Position numbers and translations under genes: made by a program | The notes under the pieces: generated by a model | Database searches by the model: none | What the model was told of the DNA's origin: nothing | What the model saw: only the letters and a program-made list of their open reading frames with translations | Shown here: piece by piece, positions 51,101-59,311 of the stretch | How the letters are laid out: each line of letters begins with the position of its first letter | Position numbering within the stretch: position 1 is the stretch's first letter | Source of the DNA: an uncultured Gammaproteobacteria bacterium | GTDB taxonomy: Bacteria > Patescibacteriota > Microgenomatia > Levybacterales > UBA12049 | Assembly: GCA_964503265.1 (NCBI GenBank) | Contig: CAZCYO010000004.1 | Span: 82,098 to 146,097, forward strand | Direction: 5' to 3' | DNA: 64,000 nucleotides

Positions 51101-53585
51101 GAGACGCATTCCCGCCTCGCGTATCATTAAGATGAAGGAGTGAGGTTGGATCTGTTGTGGTTCCAATTCCTACCCCTCCTGCAGTTGGATTATAATAAAT
51201 ACTGCTTCCACTCGTCGTCCATTGCGAAGCGGCTCCACAACCACTACACGATCCAACAGTTATTGCACCCGTAAATCGTGCTGTTCCGGTAACATCCAGA
51301 TTATATGCTGAAGGCACACTTTGTCCGATACCGACGTTACCTGATCGATCTATAACAAATTTCGTCGTCGCTGCTGCTGATGCAGTAAATAGGTCTCCTG
51401 TCCCTGTATTTTGAACGACAGTCAACGCAGCATTTCCAGTGGTAGTACCATTTATATAGAGCGTACTTGCAGGAAGTGTCGTTCCAATTCCGATATTTCC
51501 GTTATTCTGAATGGTAAATTTACTTAGTCCCGATGAAGACGCGGTAAAAATATCTCCCGTAATCGTTAGCTGATCTGCTGTGAATAATGCATTTCCTGTC
51601 GTCGTCCCTCGTAGATGAAGCAGTGAGCTAACAGTACTTGTCCCAATCCCCACATTTCCATTATTCTCAATTCTCATTTTCTCAACACCACCCGGAGAAA
51701 AAGTAAATCTTCCACTTCCATTAGATGCCAGCGCCATATCTGTATTTGTAAACGTATTAAATCCAGTCGCTCCAAAGACATAGTTTCCCGACTGGAAATA
51801 ATTATTCGCTTGAATGATATTACTACCAAGAATATCCCCAACAACGGAAAGCTTCACGCTAGGAAGACTCGTCCCAATCCCGACATTCCCATCGTTACGA
51901 ATAGTAAAGCGCGACGTCGCTCCGGCTGAGGCTGTAAAAATATCTGCTGTTCCATTTTGGACTAAACTCATGAGCGAATTACTTGTAATTGTTGATCCAC
52001 GTACATCAAGCAGACTATTTATAGTAGTGGTTCCAATTCCTACATTTCCGTTTGCTTGTATAGCAAATCTGCTCGTACTATTCTGTAATACATTAAGTAA
52101 TCTCCCTACGTTACTACTTCCTGCATTAATTGAAACATAATCACCTGTACTACTCGTTATATACGAGCTAGATCCACCGACTCCGAAGTTATACATCCCG
52201 CCAGAATTATTATTCCCAGAATTTCCAAATGTGACAGCACCAGCACCGGTTATATCTAAGACCTCTCCTGTCTGATTTGAAATATTCATAATTGGAGTTG
52301 AAGCATCAGGGATTACGATTGCAAGCCTTCGAGAAGGAATAGAACTACCAATTCCCAAATTTCCACTATTATTGAAAACAAATTTTGTCACTCCTGAAGC
52401 TGAACCTGTCAAAATATCTGGAGTGTTCGTGCCTCGTTGGTCGATCAGAAGTGCAGCACTCCCCCCCACTTTACCGTAAACATGGAGATCAGTAACTGGC
52501 GATGTTGTACCAATCCCTACTCCGCCTGTCGTGTAGTAAAGATTATTCCCGGCAGTGGTCCATTGCGACGAAGCTCCACATCCACTACATGATGCGACAG
52601 TAATAGCTCCAGTAAATCGGGCTGTTCCTGTCACATCTAGATTAAACGAACTAGTAAGCGTCGTGCCAATTCCCACATTCCCTGAGTTTCCGATAACAAA
52701 CTTTGGCAAACCTGAGGCAGAAGCTGCAAATATGTCATTGGCACTTGCTCCACGCTGATCAAATATTGCCAAGGCATTTCCTCCTTGGTTTCCGCCATAC
52801 ACATGGAGAAAAGAAGCAGGACTAGTCGTACCCAAACCTATTAATCCTGTTCCATTAGGAACAAGCGAAAAATCCTCGTTCGTACCCGTCGTTATATCTG
52901 TGGTTGCACCAGTAAATGTAAGCCCTGTACTTCCGATGATTTTATTAGTCAACGTCTGACTAGTTGTCGTATCAAGGAGGTTAACTGTTCCAGTAGTTGG
53001 AGCGACGAGCGAGGTAGTTCCTGAAGTCGTAATTGTTAAGTCATTTCCAGCAGTTGTCGTGAATGCTCCACCGAATGATATTGTCTTTCCATTTGGGATC
53101 TTGAGTGTTCCAGAGGTTGACGCATTACCACTCTCATCTTGTACGGTCAGTCCAGCTACTTTTTCAGAGTTAAAGGCAAATGGCACAGATGCCATTCTAA
53201 TTCGAGGCGTCATCTCAGCATCAGCTCCTACTTTTATGCCTAAATAGATACCATCCCAGTTAAAGTTGAAGTTTGCAGGAATTGGCGTACTGGAACCGAG
53301 TGCTACTCGGAAAATACCATCGACTGTTGTGACCGATTGAGTCTCAGACCACATGGTTGTTCCACTACTTGAGCGATCGTACAAAGCAAAAACGACTGAG
53401 TATGTCGAGTCAGCGACATTAAGTCCAGCGTTATCAACGAGCTTCCCTTGGAAGTTTATCGTGCGGTTAATGCCGGTTGCAGCATACACTGACTGAGAAA
53501 AACTGATACCCAAGACAATCACTGTGATAACAGCTATTGCGAAAGCAACTTGTAACTTTGTAAAATATGTTAGAACGTATTTCAT
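45156..53585 (-). CDS. Giant (2809 aa) secreted repeat protein with GNVGIGTT-type repeats and Kelch-like beta-propeller blades
   Basis: Signal peptide. There are more than 15 repeats of …F.I.N.GNVGIGTT.P…L.V.G…. The central region has repeated G.G..L..P.G..L..GG…Y(N/D)P blades. The C-terminal globular region is GFYAGGADLAENYTSKD…. Confidence 0.7.
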   Translation of the reverse strand: MKYVLTYFTKLQVAFAIAVITVIVLGISFSQSVYAATGINRTINFQGKLVDNAGLNVADSTYSVVFALYDRSSSGTTMWSETQSVTTVDGIFRVALGSSTPIPANFNFNWDGIYLGIKVGADAEMTPRIRMASVPFAFNSEKVAGLTVQDESGNASTSGTLKIPNGKTISFGGAFTTTAGNDLTITTSGTTSLVAPTTGTVNLLDTTTSQTLTNKIIGSTGLTFTGATTDITTGTNEDFSLVPNGTGLIGLGTTSPASFLHVYGGNQGGNALAIFDQRGASANDIFAASASGLPKFVIGNSGNVGIGTTLTSSFNLDVTGTARFTGAITVASCSGCGASSQWTTAGNNLYYTTGGVGIGTTSPVTDLHVYGKVGGSAALLIDQRGTNTPDILTGSASGVTKFVFNNSGNLGIGSSIPSRRLAIVIPDASTPIMNISNQTGEVLDITGAGAVTFGNSGNNNSGGMYNFGVGGSSSYITSSTGDYVSINAGSSNVGRLLNVLQNSTSRFAIQANGNVGIGTTTINSLLDVRGSTITSNSLMSLVQNGTADIFTASAGATSRFTIRNDGNVGIGTSLPSVKLSVVGDILGSNIIQANNYFQSGNYVFGATGFNTFTNTDMALASNGSGRFTFSPGGVEKMRIENNGNVGIGTSTVSSLLHLRGTTTGNALFTADQLTITGDIFTASSSGLSKFTIQNNGNIGIGTTLPASTLYINGTTTGNAALTVVQNTGTGDLFTASAAATTKFVIDRSGNVGIGQSVPSAYNLDVTGTARFTGAITVGSCSGCGAASQWTTSGSSIYYNPTAGGVGIGTTTDPTSLLHLNDTRGGNASLIVDQRNAAADIFTASSSGTPRFVIQGGGTIVAGTDVAGAISGGNVYSSTIAHFAGNVNSYAQVNVQNRNSGTSASSDFIATANDGTDTTNYIDFGINSSGYSDAAFTIVGPRDGYLYTNGGNLAVGTQTAGKNILFHTGGTLSANERMRIAANGNVGIGTTTVNSLLDIRGTTTGNSLMTLVQNTSADIFTASAGAATKFVIGNGGMLSLAGGQTSDIDTLTGTTLKIGASTATTLTLGRSGQAINLPAIASNNNSVLYTGASGVLSAATTTNTGACLISNGASSAPSWGSCSGTQLVDKFDIVNGLLYNANQSLDFAIGGTSSNSAEFVITQSGTRATASISANTSFAGLSVNQFGLGDVLTASSSGVSRFTVANTGAININSIAGGVTIDRTGSNDIVKTTSGNNTTDSDFQRTANATSAVLTNLDNSGGDMALSIGSVSGNGTITTGSQPAVPAAIGAGANSISRPDGKYLVIRGGATTTMYIYDSKAETFTASPNVLSAAAGAGSLAIPRPDGKYLVVHGNSVATTSIVDPMDNVPTVAGPTATGLNGAGTNLYRRQNGQYLLVHGGTAGTSRIYNVIANTWVAGPTAGSTTWGAGSLVLPRPDGTALIVAGGASANTQLYNPFDGAASIGSFTTGPLLPTNCEINGGGSVALQLPSGRYLILSKLGRSVEYDPATNTMGNCQNVGPAAALADGAHAIRMQDKRYIIFRGSGTTDVYIYDATTNTYSTHASSTSTQGAGAHSIQEYDGTWRVIVGGSTTTNKFDSQLVMRGSYVSEDINTTNLSPDSTIWFTAGAEARFSGTSSATLTGDLPQTGLEINVQTASSQGGLSTATSIPIRRNGDLIQASQGNTWVRVTVNFTRPLPQQLYDERGAWMGNGKTTFIRDYQDPTLYDYKIDNSTVLVRNQFDWNSSMGASDPLEASSSALTRVQAMSDRLTLPWGKVSGPTQISTNGGFYLGSIGSHPPLLTPTGDGTLVIQRPGGLISIIASGSANMSLYDPASSQFTAQSGAGNIPTTGAGSGAFALKLPSGKFLLVMGGQTATTNIYDPNAASGSQFVQGPNLSGVAGYGAQAILNKDGTYTIVHGGGLTTTTLFNPFADVKKPAGSTLSTGPTTSTAVNCGSWAIPLAGQLADTYRVFVGFAPFATGNTTSMMYDAVAKQFTAGPALTGAHGCGSYAFQRQDGYWVTVAAAGGTTGAQSTATSIINPWSNTNIAGPTLTTAVGRGSIVIPRADGTFLITRGQTQTINGNGTNIYLPWGGTFGVGAGIGTTVAGPSMIDYTGTPGILVQGAGSVTFQRPDGKWVILAGGHTGSNIVNLYDAGWYPDGQYLSGQIYATTLTTDSTISWKKTNDDFVDFQVRTAPTRDALYSASYRSVSRSGDSIGASNGDKWIQVQVNFSRRFLGYDGINQDVSLATSAFPAQVISQPTVFEYKVNNSYDFLTLKNDGVNAFRVNKYGAVYAGQQGGFYAGGADLAENYTSKDVLQKGEVVQIDSTDNKSVKRSTAQYQNTILGVVSTDPGFVAGAYTENSYPIALVGRVPVKVSTENGPIHAGDVLTSASIRGYAMKATTSGRSLGKALEDLNTTSMCPQEALGINPTTSCGVVMMFVNLTDYQGSAIDVLMKNSGYVTDVTPSSMGLNVASAHTDAGLSDPSIQFSHTAPVITQPQLNILSFLKELKAKNASTGVQSEIFTDRLSAAFEIITPTIIADTIFARRIKADSIEGLEILTNKISSLDDAVNAFKKKADATSSAVLSAQDKITATPSADILTKQNILSSTGPATVYTLTSLQVDGLASISADMRVKGNSLVEGVLTVIDSITAHNIIVTGISNFFGDVFFKGKVSFSDQVTFPKDSAGVITIEKGKKTATVTFSKEFETVPLINISVTVDRLTEDEIKEQIKNGMCSKDDSIDECQDTYEQDVLSHMSKYVISRRTTKGFTIVIDREVKEPLQFSWSAMQVINGKIPTATDSVVKGGDNP

Positions 53586-53652
53586 ATATTAATAAGCAAC
53601 GGGCTTATTAATTTAAGATTAGTGCGAAGATGAGGTCAATTTTTCACAAAAT

Positions 53653-53690
53653 TTGCATATAATTATATTATATTGCATAATATTGCATAT
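53653..53690. promoter_or_regulatory. Three direct TTGCATA(T/A) repeats in the divergent promoter region
   Basis: ttgcatat (53653), ttgcataa (53673), ttgcatat (53683). They lie between the giant gene (minus strand) and the HTH gene (plus strand). Confidence 0.3.
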
Positions 53691-53826
53691 ACACTTTTTC
53701 ACACAATTCTTACATATATCATGAGATTGTCTCATCGCTGATTTGTTACATTGCTCAGAATGTAAGAAAAAAATGTTTGTTTATTTCGGTGAGAACATGA
53801 AACAAAAGATCAACTAATAAGACGAT

Positions 53827-54117
53827 ATGGAAAATTTATTTAATGTTAACCAAGCAGCATTTATTTTAAAAGTTCACCCCTTAACGGTAAGACGTTATAT
53901 TAAAGAAGGAAAATTAAAAGCAGTCCGCGCTGGTGGCAGTGTCCGCATTAAAGAGTCAGATCTGCAAGCATTTAATAAAGAGTTTACTCCATATCAACAT
54001 AGCGAGCCAAAATCCCCATTTAGAGTGTTGAAAAATCCGACGTCCAAACAATTCAGCATTGATGATCCGTTTTTACGATTAAAAGGAAGAGGAGCAAGTC
54101 TTCATTTAAGTAGCTAA
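53827..54117 (+). CDS. Helix-turn-helix DNA-binding protein, excisionase/MerR-like (HTH_17) family
   Basis: FNVNQAAFILKVHPLTVRRYIKEGKLKAVRAGGSVRIKESDL is the same HTH pattern as 38048. Confidence 0.55.
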   Translation: MENLFNVNQAAFILKVHPLTVRRYIKEGKLKAVRAGGSVRIKESDLQAFNKEFTPYQHSEPKSPFRVLKNPTSKQFSIDDPFLRLKGRGASLHLSS

Positions 54118-54170
54118 TGTTCCCTTCTCTATAATCGTTTAGATTTAATCTATAAGATAATTCATAACCT

Positions 54171-54596
54171 ATGACGAAAACAGGAAAAAAGGTATTTCTC
54201 TCAGCAGATGTTTTTTTTGCATTTATTGATAGAGCTCATACAAAACACGAGCAAGCATCTGCATACATGCGATATTTTGCCCAGGAAGAGTATTTTCTCT
54301 TTACTGATGTTGTCAGTCTTAATCTCGTCTATGAGCAGATCTATAAAGATATCAGTACATCACTAGCAAAAGACTTTATAAAAACGATTTCGCTAAGCAA
54401 CATCAATATTATCTTTCCTGATGAAAGTGAATTAAAGGCGACGTATAAAACACTGCTTCTTTCTAACTCAACAGAAATCACATTTTTAAAAGCGCTTATT
54501 TCAGTCCTTGCCGAAAAAAGAAGTATTGGTCAAATATGTACCTTTGAATATTTACATCCATTATTTGGCATTTCAATTTTTTACTTACCACTATGA
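54171..54596 (+). CDS. Hypothetical protein, possible PIN-like domain
   Basis: The N-terminus VFLSADVFFAFIDRAHT… resembles the PIN first strand (hhLDTnVhh). Acidic residues are spaced like a PIN fold. The match is weak. Confidence 0.3.
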   Translation: MTKTGKKVFLSADVFFAFIDRAHTKHEQASAYMRYFAQEEYFLFTDVVSLNLVYEQIYKDISTSLAKDFIKTISLSNINIIFPDESELKATYKTLLLSNSTEITFLKALISVLAEKRSIGQICTFEYLHPLFGISIFYLPL

Positions 54597-55681
54597 AAAA
54601 TCCGAAATTCGAATTTACATACTGCACCAGAAAGCTTTCTTTATTTATAGTAATATCTATTTTGATAGCATCATTTCCCACATCTGTATTCGCTGGTCCT
54701 ACTAGTACGAATTATGAGTTAAAAAGTTATGGCTTTGGAGCTGGTGGAGATAGCATGAGCTCAAGTAACTTTAAAGCCAATGGAACAGCTGGCGAGGTGG
54801 AGTTTGGTCAGCTATCATCCGCTTCATATAAAGTAAATAGCGGGCTCACCTTCACGATGCTTGCAAATGAACCTCCTGCTCCAACATTTACTAACCCAGG
54901 AAGTAACTACGACCGGTTAAAGATTGTTATTGCGACAGGAAGTAATGCTTCAGATGCGACATATGCCGTGGCTATTAGTACAGACAATTTCGCAAGTGAC
55001 ACACGGTATGTTCAAAGTGATTTCACTCCGGGAAGTACGCTTGGAACGAGCAGCTTTATGACATATAGCACGTGGGGCAGCGGGAGTGGTGTCTATATCA
55101 CAGGGCTTCTTTCTAATACAACCTACTATGTAAAGGTAAAATCTCGAAAAGGAAATTATACGGAAACTGGATTCGGACCTGTTAGCAGCGCAGCAACGTC
55201 CCTTCCTTCCTTAACGTTTGGACTTGACTCTGCTACGGTCATATTCTCAAATCTTAATTCCGGAAACAGCTATACTGATAGTTCCAAAACATCAGTTCTC
55301 ACAACCTCGACTAATGCATATAACGGCTATGTCATCAACGCTCGAGTCACTGGACCACTTACTTCACCGAGTGACACGATCGCTAATTATGCCAGCTCAA
55401 ACGCAAGCCCAACGACATGGTCTGGAAATGGGTTTGGGTATACGACAGATGATAGTAATCTAACTGGTGGAACAGCAGATCGATTTACAAATGGTGGTCC
55501 TAAATTTGCAGGATTCACGACATCCTCTCCCGGAGACCCTGTCGCAGATCATGCAGGCCCAGTGACCTCGGCTATATCAAATGAGCAATTTACCGTATCA
55601 TATAGGGTCACTTCAGCTTCGACAAATCATGCGGGAAATTATACGACGACAGTATTATATATAGTGGTGCCAACATATTAA
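54593..55681 (+). CDS. Secreted WxL-like (CscB/C-like) surface protein, module 1
   Basis: Signal peptide. The C-terminal domain has …TSTNAYNGYVINARVTG… and the terminal GNYTTTVLYIVVPTY, resembling the two WxL motifs with W/L replaced. It is translationally coupled to the next gene (stop 55681, start 55684). Confidence 0.5.
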   Translation: MKNPKFEFTYCTRKLSLFIVISILIASFPTSVFAGPTSTNYELKSYGFGAGGDSMSSSNFKANGTAGEVEFGQLSSASYKVNSGLTFTMLANEPPAPTFTNPGSNYDRLKIVIATGSNASDATYAVAISTDNFASDTRYVQSDFTPGSTLGTSSFMTYSTWGSGSGVYITGLLSNTTYYVKVKSRKGNYTETGFGPVSSAATSLPSLTFGLDSATVIFSNLNSGNSYTDSSKTSVLTTSTNAYNGYVINARVTGPLTSPSDTIANYASSNASPTTWSGNGFGYTTDDSNLTGGTADRFTNGGPKFAGFTTSSPGDPVADHAGPVTSAISNEQFTVSYRVTSASTNHAGNYTTTVLYIVVPTY

Positions 55682-55683
55682 CT

Positions 55684-56667
55684 ATGAAAATTCAGAATTC
55701 AGAATTCAAAAGTCAAAATCACAGAGTAAAAGGTAAAACTTTTTCATTTTTACTTGTGCTTTTGACTTTTTACTTTTTATTTCTCACCTCTTATTCACCC
55801 ACTGCCCATGCTGCACCAACTCCTCAAGTAATCGATAAAGTTATCCGCATCTCCCCTGTTATCGTGCATCTCAACTTATCACCTGACAAGACCACTACGT
55901 ACGACATGACCATCGAGAATCTTCTCTCAATACCTCTCCCCGTCAAAGCACTCTATAGCGACTTTGACACAACAGCTGAAGACGGTGGGTATGTGTTAAC
56001 AGATAGAAATACTAATTCATTGTTATCGTGGGTGGGGCTTGATAACGAAGAATGGACACTAGCACCTAAAGCCAAACAAAAAATAACATTAACCATCAAA
56101 ACACCTCAAAAGATATCTATAGGTGGCTACTATGGACTTCTTTTCTTTCAACCACTTGTGCCTCAAATAAGTAACCAGACTGCTGTAACTGCAAGAGTCG
56201 GAGTGCTTATGCTTGGAGATATCGGGATTGGTTCTCGAACCGAACACCCAGGAGAGATTATGTCATTTGACCTTCCATTTATTTCACAACAATCGACAAT
56301 GCCCTTTCTCCTTCGAGTCAAAAATACTTCCATGAACTTTTTCACAGCAAAACCAATTCTCAAGATTAAACCACTCATTGGAGAAGTAAAGACACAATTT
56401 ATAGAAGAGAAGCTTATTTTTCCCTCTAAAATCCGCAGATGGCAAAGTGACATTATGCTTGAGCACATAGGAATTGGCATATATACCGTTACCATGCAGG
56501 TTTCAACAGGAAATGGACATATCATAGAGTCCACGCGAACTCTGATTATTTTTCCTTGGGTTCCGGTGCTTTCAATTTCCCTCCTTACAATCATTATTAT
56601 TTGGTCCCTTAAGAATAAACGCCGTCTTAAAAAAGCTGTCGTTGCCCTTATTTCTAAAGAAGATTGA
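55684..56667 (+). CDS. CscA-like (DUF916/DUF3324-like) surface protein with C-terminal TM anchor and basic tail, module 1
   Basis: Signal/TM, ~260-aa beta-rich ectodomain, C-terminal TM (VLSISLLTIIIIWSL) followed by KNKRRLKK. Confidence 0.5.
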   Translation: MKIQNSEFKSQNHRVKGKTFSFLLVLLTFYFLFLTSYSPTAHAAPTPQVIDKVIRISPVIVHLNLSPDKTTTYDMTIENLLSIPLPVKALYSDFDTTAEDGGYVLTDRNTNSLLSWVGLDNEEWTLAPKAKQKITLTIKTPQKISIGGYYGLLFFQPLVPQISNQTAVTARVGVLMLGDIGIGSRTEHPGEIMSFDLPFISQQSTMPFLLRVKNTSMNFFTAKPILKIKPLIGEVKTQFIEEKLIFPSKIRRWQSDIMLEHIGIGIYTVTMQVSTGNGHIIESTRTLIIFPWVPVLSISLLTIIIIWSLKNKRRLKKAVVALISKED

Positions 56668-56724
56668 TTCTACGTCAGAATGATATCTTGACAACTATCT
56701 GAACAATTCCCTAATCTTATATGT

Positions 56725-57855
56725 ATGACTGCCTATTTTTATCGTTATAGTAAATATGTAAAAGTATTTCCGCTCGTTGCATTACTTGTTTTATCATTAG
56801 TCCTTCCTCCTTTTAGTCGAATTTTTGTGGGTAGCGCACAAAGTGCACTCACCTCAACAAAGCTTCAAATAAATAATTCTCAGGCTAGTGCAACAAATGT
56901 AACATATCAATTTTATTTCACCACATCAGTAAGTACTTCGATTAAACAAATCGGAATTAAAGTTTGTACCACTCCTGGTGCATATGGTGATGCTTGTACT
57001 GTACCAACTGCATTTAGTTCGGGAACTCCAACTCTTGCGTCTGATAATCTTGCTGGGACCGGAAGAACGACATCTGATCCAAATTCTTCAGGTGAAAAAT
57101 TTCGAATTGTTGTTACCACTCCTGCATCTCAAGTAACTCAAGGTGTGATTCTCACCTTTACTGGAGTAACTAACTCATCTACAGCTAATTCGCCCTTTTA
57201 TGTCCGAATGAATACGTATTCAGATACAGGAACATCTGTTATCGATTACGGACAGGCTGTCGCTGCGACACTCGACACTTCATCAATTGCTGTTACTGCA
57301 ACAGTTGATCCTAATTTAACATTTGCACTTGCTGGAGTTTCATCAGCAGGAAGTGTTAACAGCTCGACGACAAATATTACAACAACCGCATCAACAATTC
57401 CTTTTGGTACCATGGCAGTTGGTACTCCTAAGATTGGCGCAACTGATGTAACCATTACGACGAATGCAGGAAGTGGATATACAGTCACTGCGTCTCATTC
57501 TGGAACACTTACGACGTCCGCACCGCTTATCTCAGGGTCTAACGATATTGACGCATTTTCAGGAACTAACGCATCCCCAGCGACATGGTCAGCACCAGGT
57601 GGAAGTACAGCGAACACAAATACTGGGTATTTTGGTTACACAACAGAATCATCAAGTCTTTGTACAGGAACTGCTGGAAGATTCGGAAGTAACAAATGGG
57701 CAGGTTCTACGACAAATGGACAAGAAGTCATCTGTTCAGCCACAGGAGTCAGTGCACAAACAACACGTCTGGGTTGGCAGGCTGAAGTTAATGCCATTCA
57801 ACCAGCTGGAACATATACAGGAACTGTTATTCTCATCGCTACACCGACATATTAA
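56725..57855 (+). CDS. Secreted WxL-like (CscB/C-like) surface protein, module 2
   Basis: …STIPFGTMAVGTPKIGATDVTITTNAGSGYTVTASHSG… (compare the enterococcal WxL 'TNAGW.LTV'). The terminal motif is GTYTGTVILIATPTY. Confidence 0.5.
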   Translation: MTAYFYRYSKYVKVFPLVALLVLSLVLPPFSRIFVGSAQSALTSTKLQINNSQASATNVTYQFYFTTSVSTSIKQIGIKVCTTPGAYGDACTVPTAFSSGTPTLASDNLAGTGRTTSDPNSSGEKFRIVVTTPASQVTQGVILTFTGVTNSSTANSPFYVRMNTYSDTGTSVIDYGQAVAATLDTSSIAVTATVDPNLTFALAGVSSAGSVNSSTTNITTTASTIPFGTMAVGTPKIGATDVTITTNAGSGYTVTASHSGTLTTSAPLISGSNDIDAFSGTNASPATWSAPGGSTANTNTGYFGYTTESSSLCTGTAGRFGSNKWAGSTTNGQEVICSATGVSAQTTRLGWQAEVNAIQPAGTYTGTVILIATPTY

Positions 57856-57857
57856 TC

Positions 57858-58793
57858 ATGAATAGCCTCTTGTCTCATACAACGCTCCTACTACGGTCGA
57901 AAAGGATTTCTTATGGAATTATCAGCGTTTTGTTACTTCTCGCTGTATATAAAAGTAACTTCATTACCCAAGGCCAAGTGGCGAGTCAGTCACTTGAAGT
58001 CTCCCCTCCCACACAGGAGATAACTGTCGATCCTGGCAAAACAATTACGGTAAAAGCAAAACTACGTAATAACACACCTCGCAGCCTTCCTATCACAGCT
58101 AAAATAGAAGACTTCACCGCACAGGGAGAAGAAGGCCAAGTAGAATTAAGTAGTTCAAGTAAATGGAGTGTTTCTAAGTGGGCGACGATATCTCCTTCTA
58201 CTTTTAAAATCGCTGGTGGAGAAGAACAAGAAGTAACAGCAACAATCACTATTCCAAAAGAGGCAGCAGGAGGCAGATATGGCTCATTTGTATTTGGAGT
58301 TGATACTGAAAAAACGCCAAATGCAGCAAGTGTCTCACAACAAATTGCTTCACTTTTTTTACTCAGGATCTCAGGTAAAGTTGATGAGGTATTACGACTT
58401 GATTCATTTAGTGCGCCAAACTTCCAAGAATTTGGCCCAGTTCCCTTCTCTCTTACCTTTGCAAACACAGGAAATGTTCACGTGAAGCCATTCGGGCTCA
58501 TCAGTGTCACAGATATGTTTGGACGAAAGACAGCAGATATTGTCGTTAAAGGATCTAATATTTTTCCAGAAGCAAGTCGTGTAATAACATCAAGTCTTCA
58601 TAACAAATTCTTATTTGGTCAATATCATGCAACTGCAGTTATGTACTATGGAGAAGCTAATCAATCGCTCGTGGCAACAACAAGCTTTATCGTATTCCCA
58701 GTCAGAATTGTGGCTGGTGTACTTATTCTCATTATTATTTTCTTACTTCTGAGAAAGCGTTTAGCGCGAGCGTTTAAAGCATTAACTCGTTAA
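57858..58793 (+). CDS. CscA-like surface protein with C-terminal TM anchor, module 2
   Basis: Paralogue of 55684 and 60412 (…FGPVPFSLTFANTGNVHVKPFGLISVTDMFGRK…). C-terminal TM plus LRKRLARAFKALTR. Confidence 0.5.
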   Translation: MNSLLSHTTLLLRSKRISYGIISVLLLLAVYKSNFITQGQVASQSLEVSPPTQEITVDPGKTITVKAKLRNNTPRSLPITAKIEDFTAQGEEGQVELSSSSKWSVSKWATISPSTFKIAGGEEQEVTATITIPKEAAGGRYGSFVFGVDTEKTPNAASVSQQIASLFLLRISGKVDEVLRLDSFSAPNFQEFGPVPFSLTFANTGNVHVKPFGLISVTDMFGRKTADIVVKGSNIFPEASRVITSSLHNKFLFGQYHATAVMYYGEANQSLVATTSFIVFPVRIVAGVLILIIIFLLLRKRLARAFKALTR

Positions 58794-58794
58794 T

Positions 58795-59229
58795 ATGAAG
58801 CTGAGAAGAAGCATTCTGTATCTGTTTCTTTTTTTGTGTGGTTTTTTGACTCATGCACTCCTTTTCCCAGATTTTCTGGCAAATGGTATTGTATTTCAAC
58901 CAGATGCGGTTTTCTCAAATCTAGGATCAGCAGATAAAGCCTCTTCGCAACCAGTCACTCAAGCGACTCATGAAAATGTCATCTCGTTTGATGGCACAAA
59001 ATTTAATAGATCAAATATTACGATCCCACTTACCGATTATATAAGCATTAGAAATGAAAGTACTGAGACACAGATGCACCTCACTTCGGACAATCCAGAG
59101 TTATCTACCCCTCGTGGCTACGCATATAAAGAGCAGGTGCGTACGAGACTTGATAAAGAGGGACAGTTTCATGTGCTTGAGAAGAATGGATCAGGCGCAC
59201 GATTAACTATCACCGTAAAAAAGAAATAG
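58795..59229 (+). CDS. Small membrane-anchored hypothetical protein within the Csc-like array
   Basis: 144 aa with an N-terminal hydrophobic helix. It is coupled to the upstream gene (stop 58793, start 58795). Confidence 0.4.
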   Translation: MKLRRSILYLFLFLCGFLTHALLFPDFLANGIVFQPDAVFSNLGSADKASSQPVTQATHENVISFDGTKFNRSNITIPLTDYISIRNESTETQMHLTSDNPELSTPRGYAYKEQVRTRLDKEGQFHVLEKNGSGARLTITVKKK

Positions 59230-59311
59230 AAGTACATTATTCTTTTGCATCGTACCTCATCCATAGTCTTGACAGCAATCACCTAAATATGACAAGCTTG
59301 ATGTATCTGCC

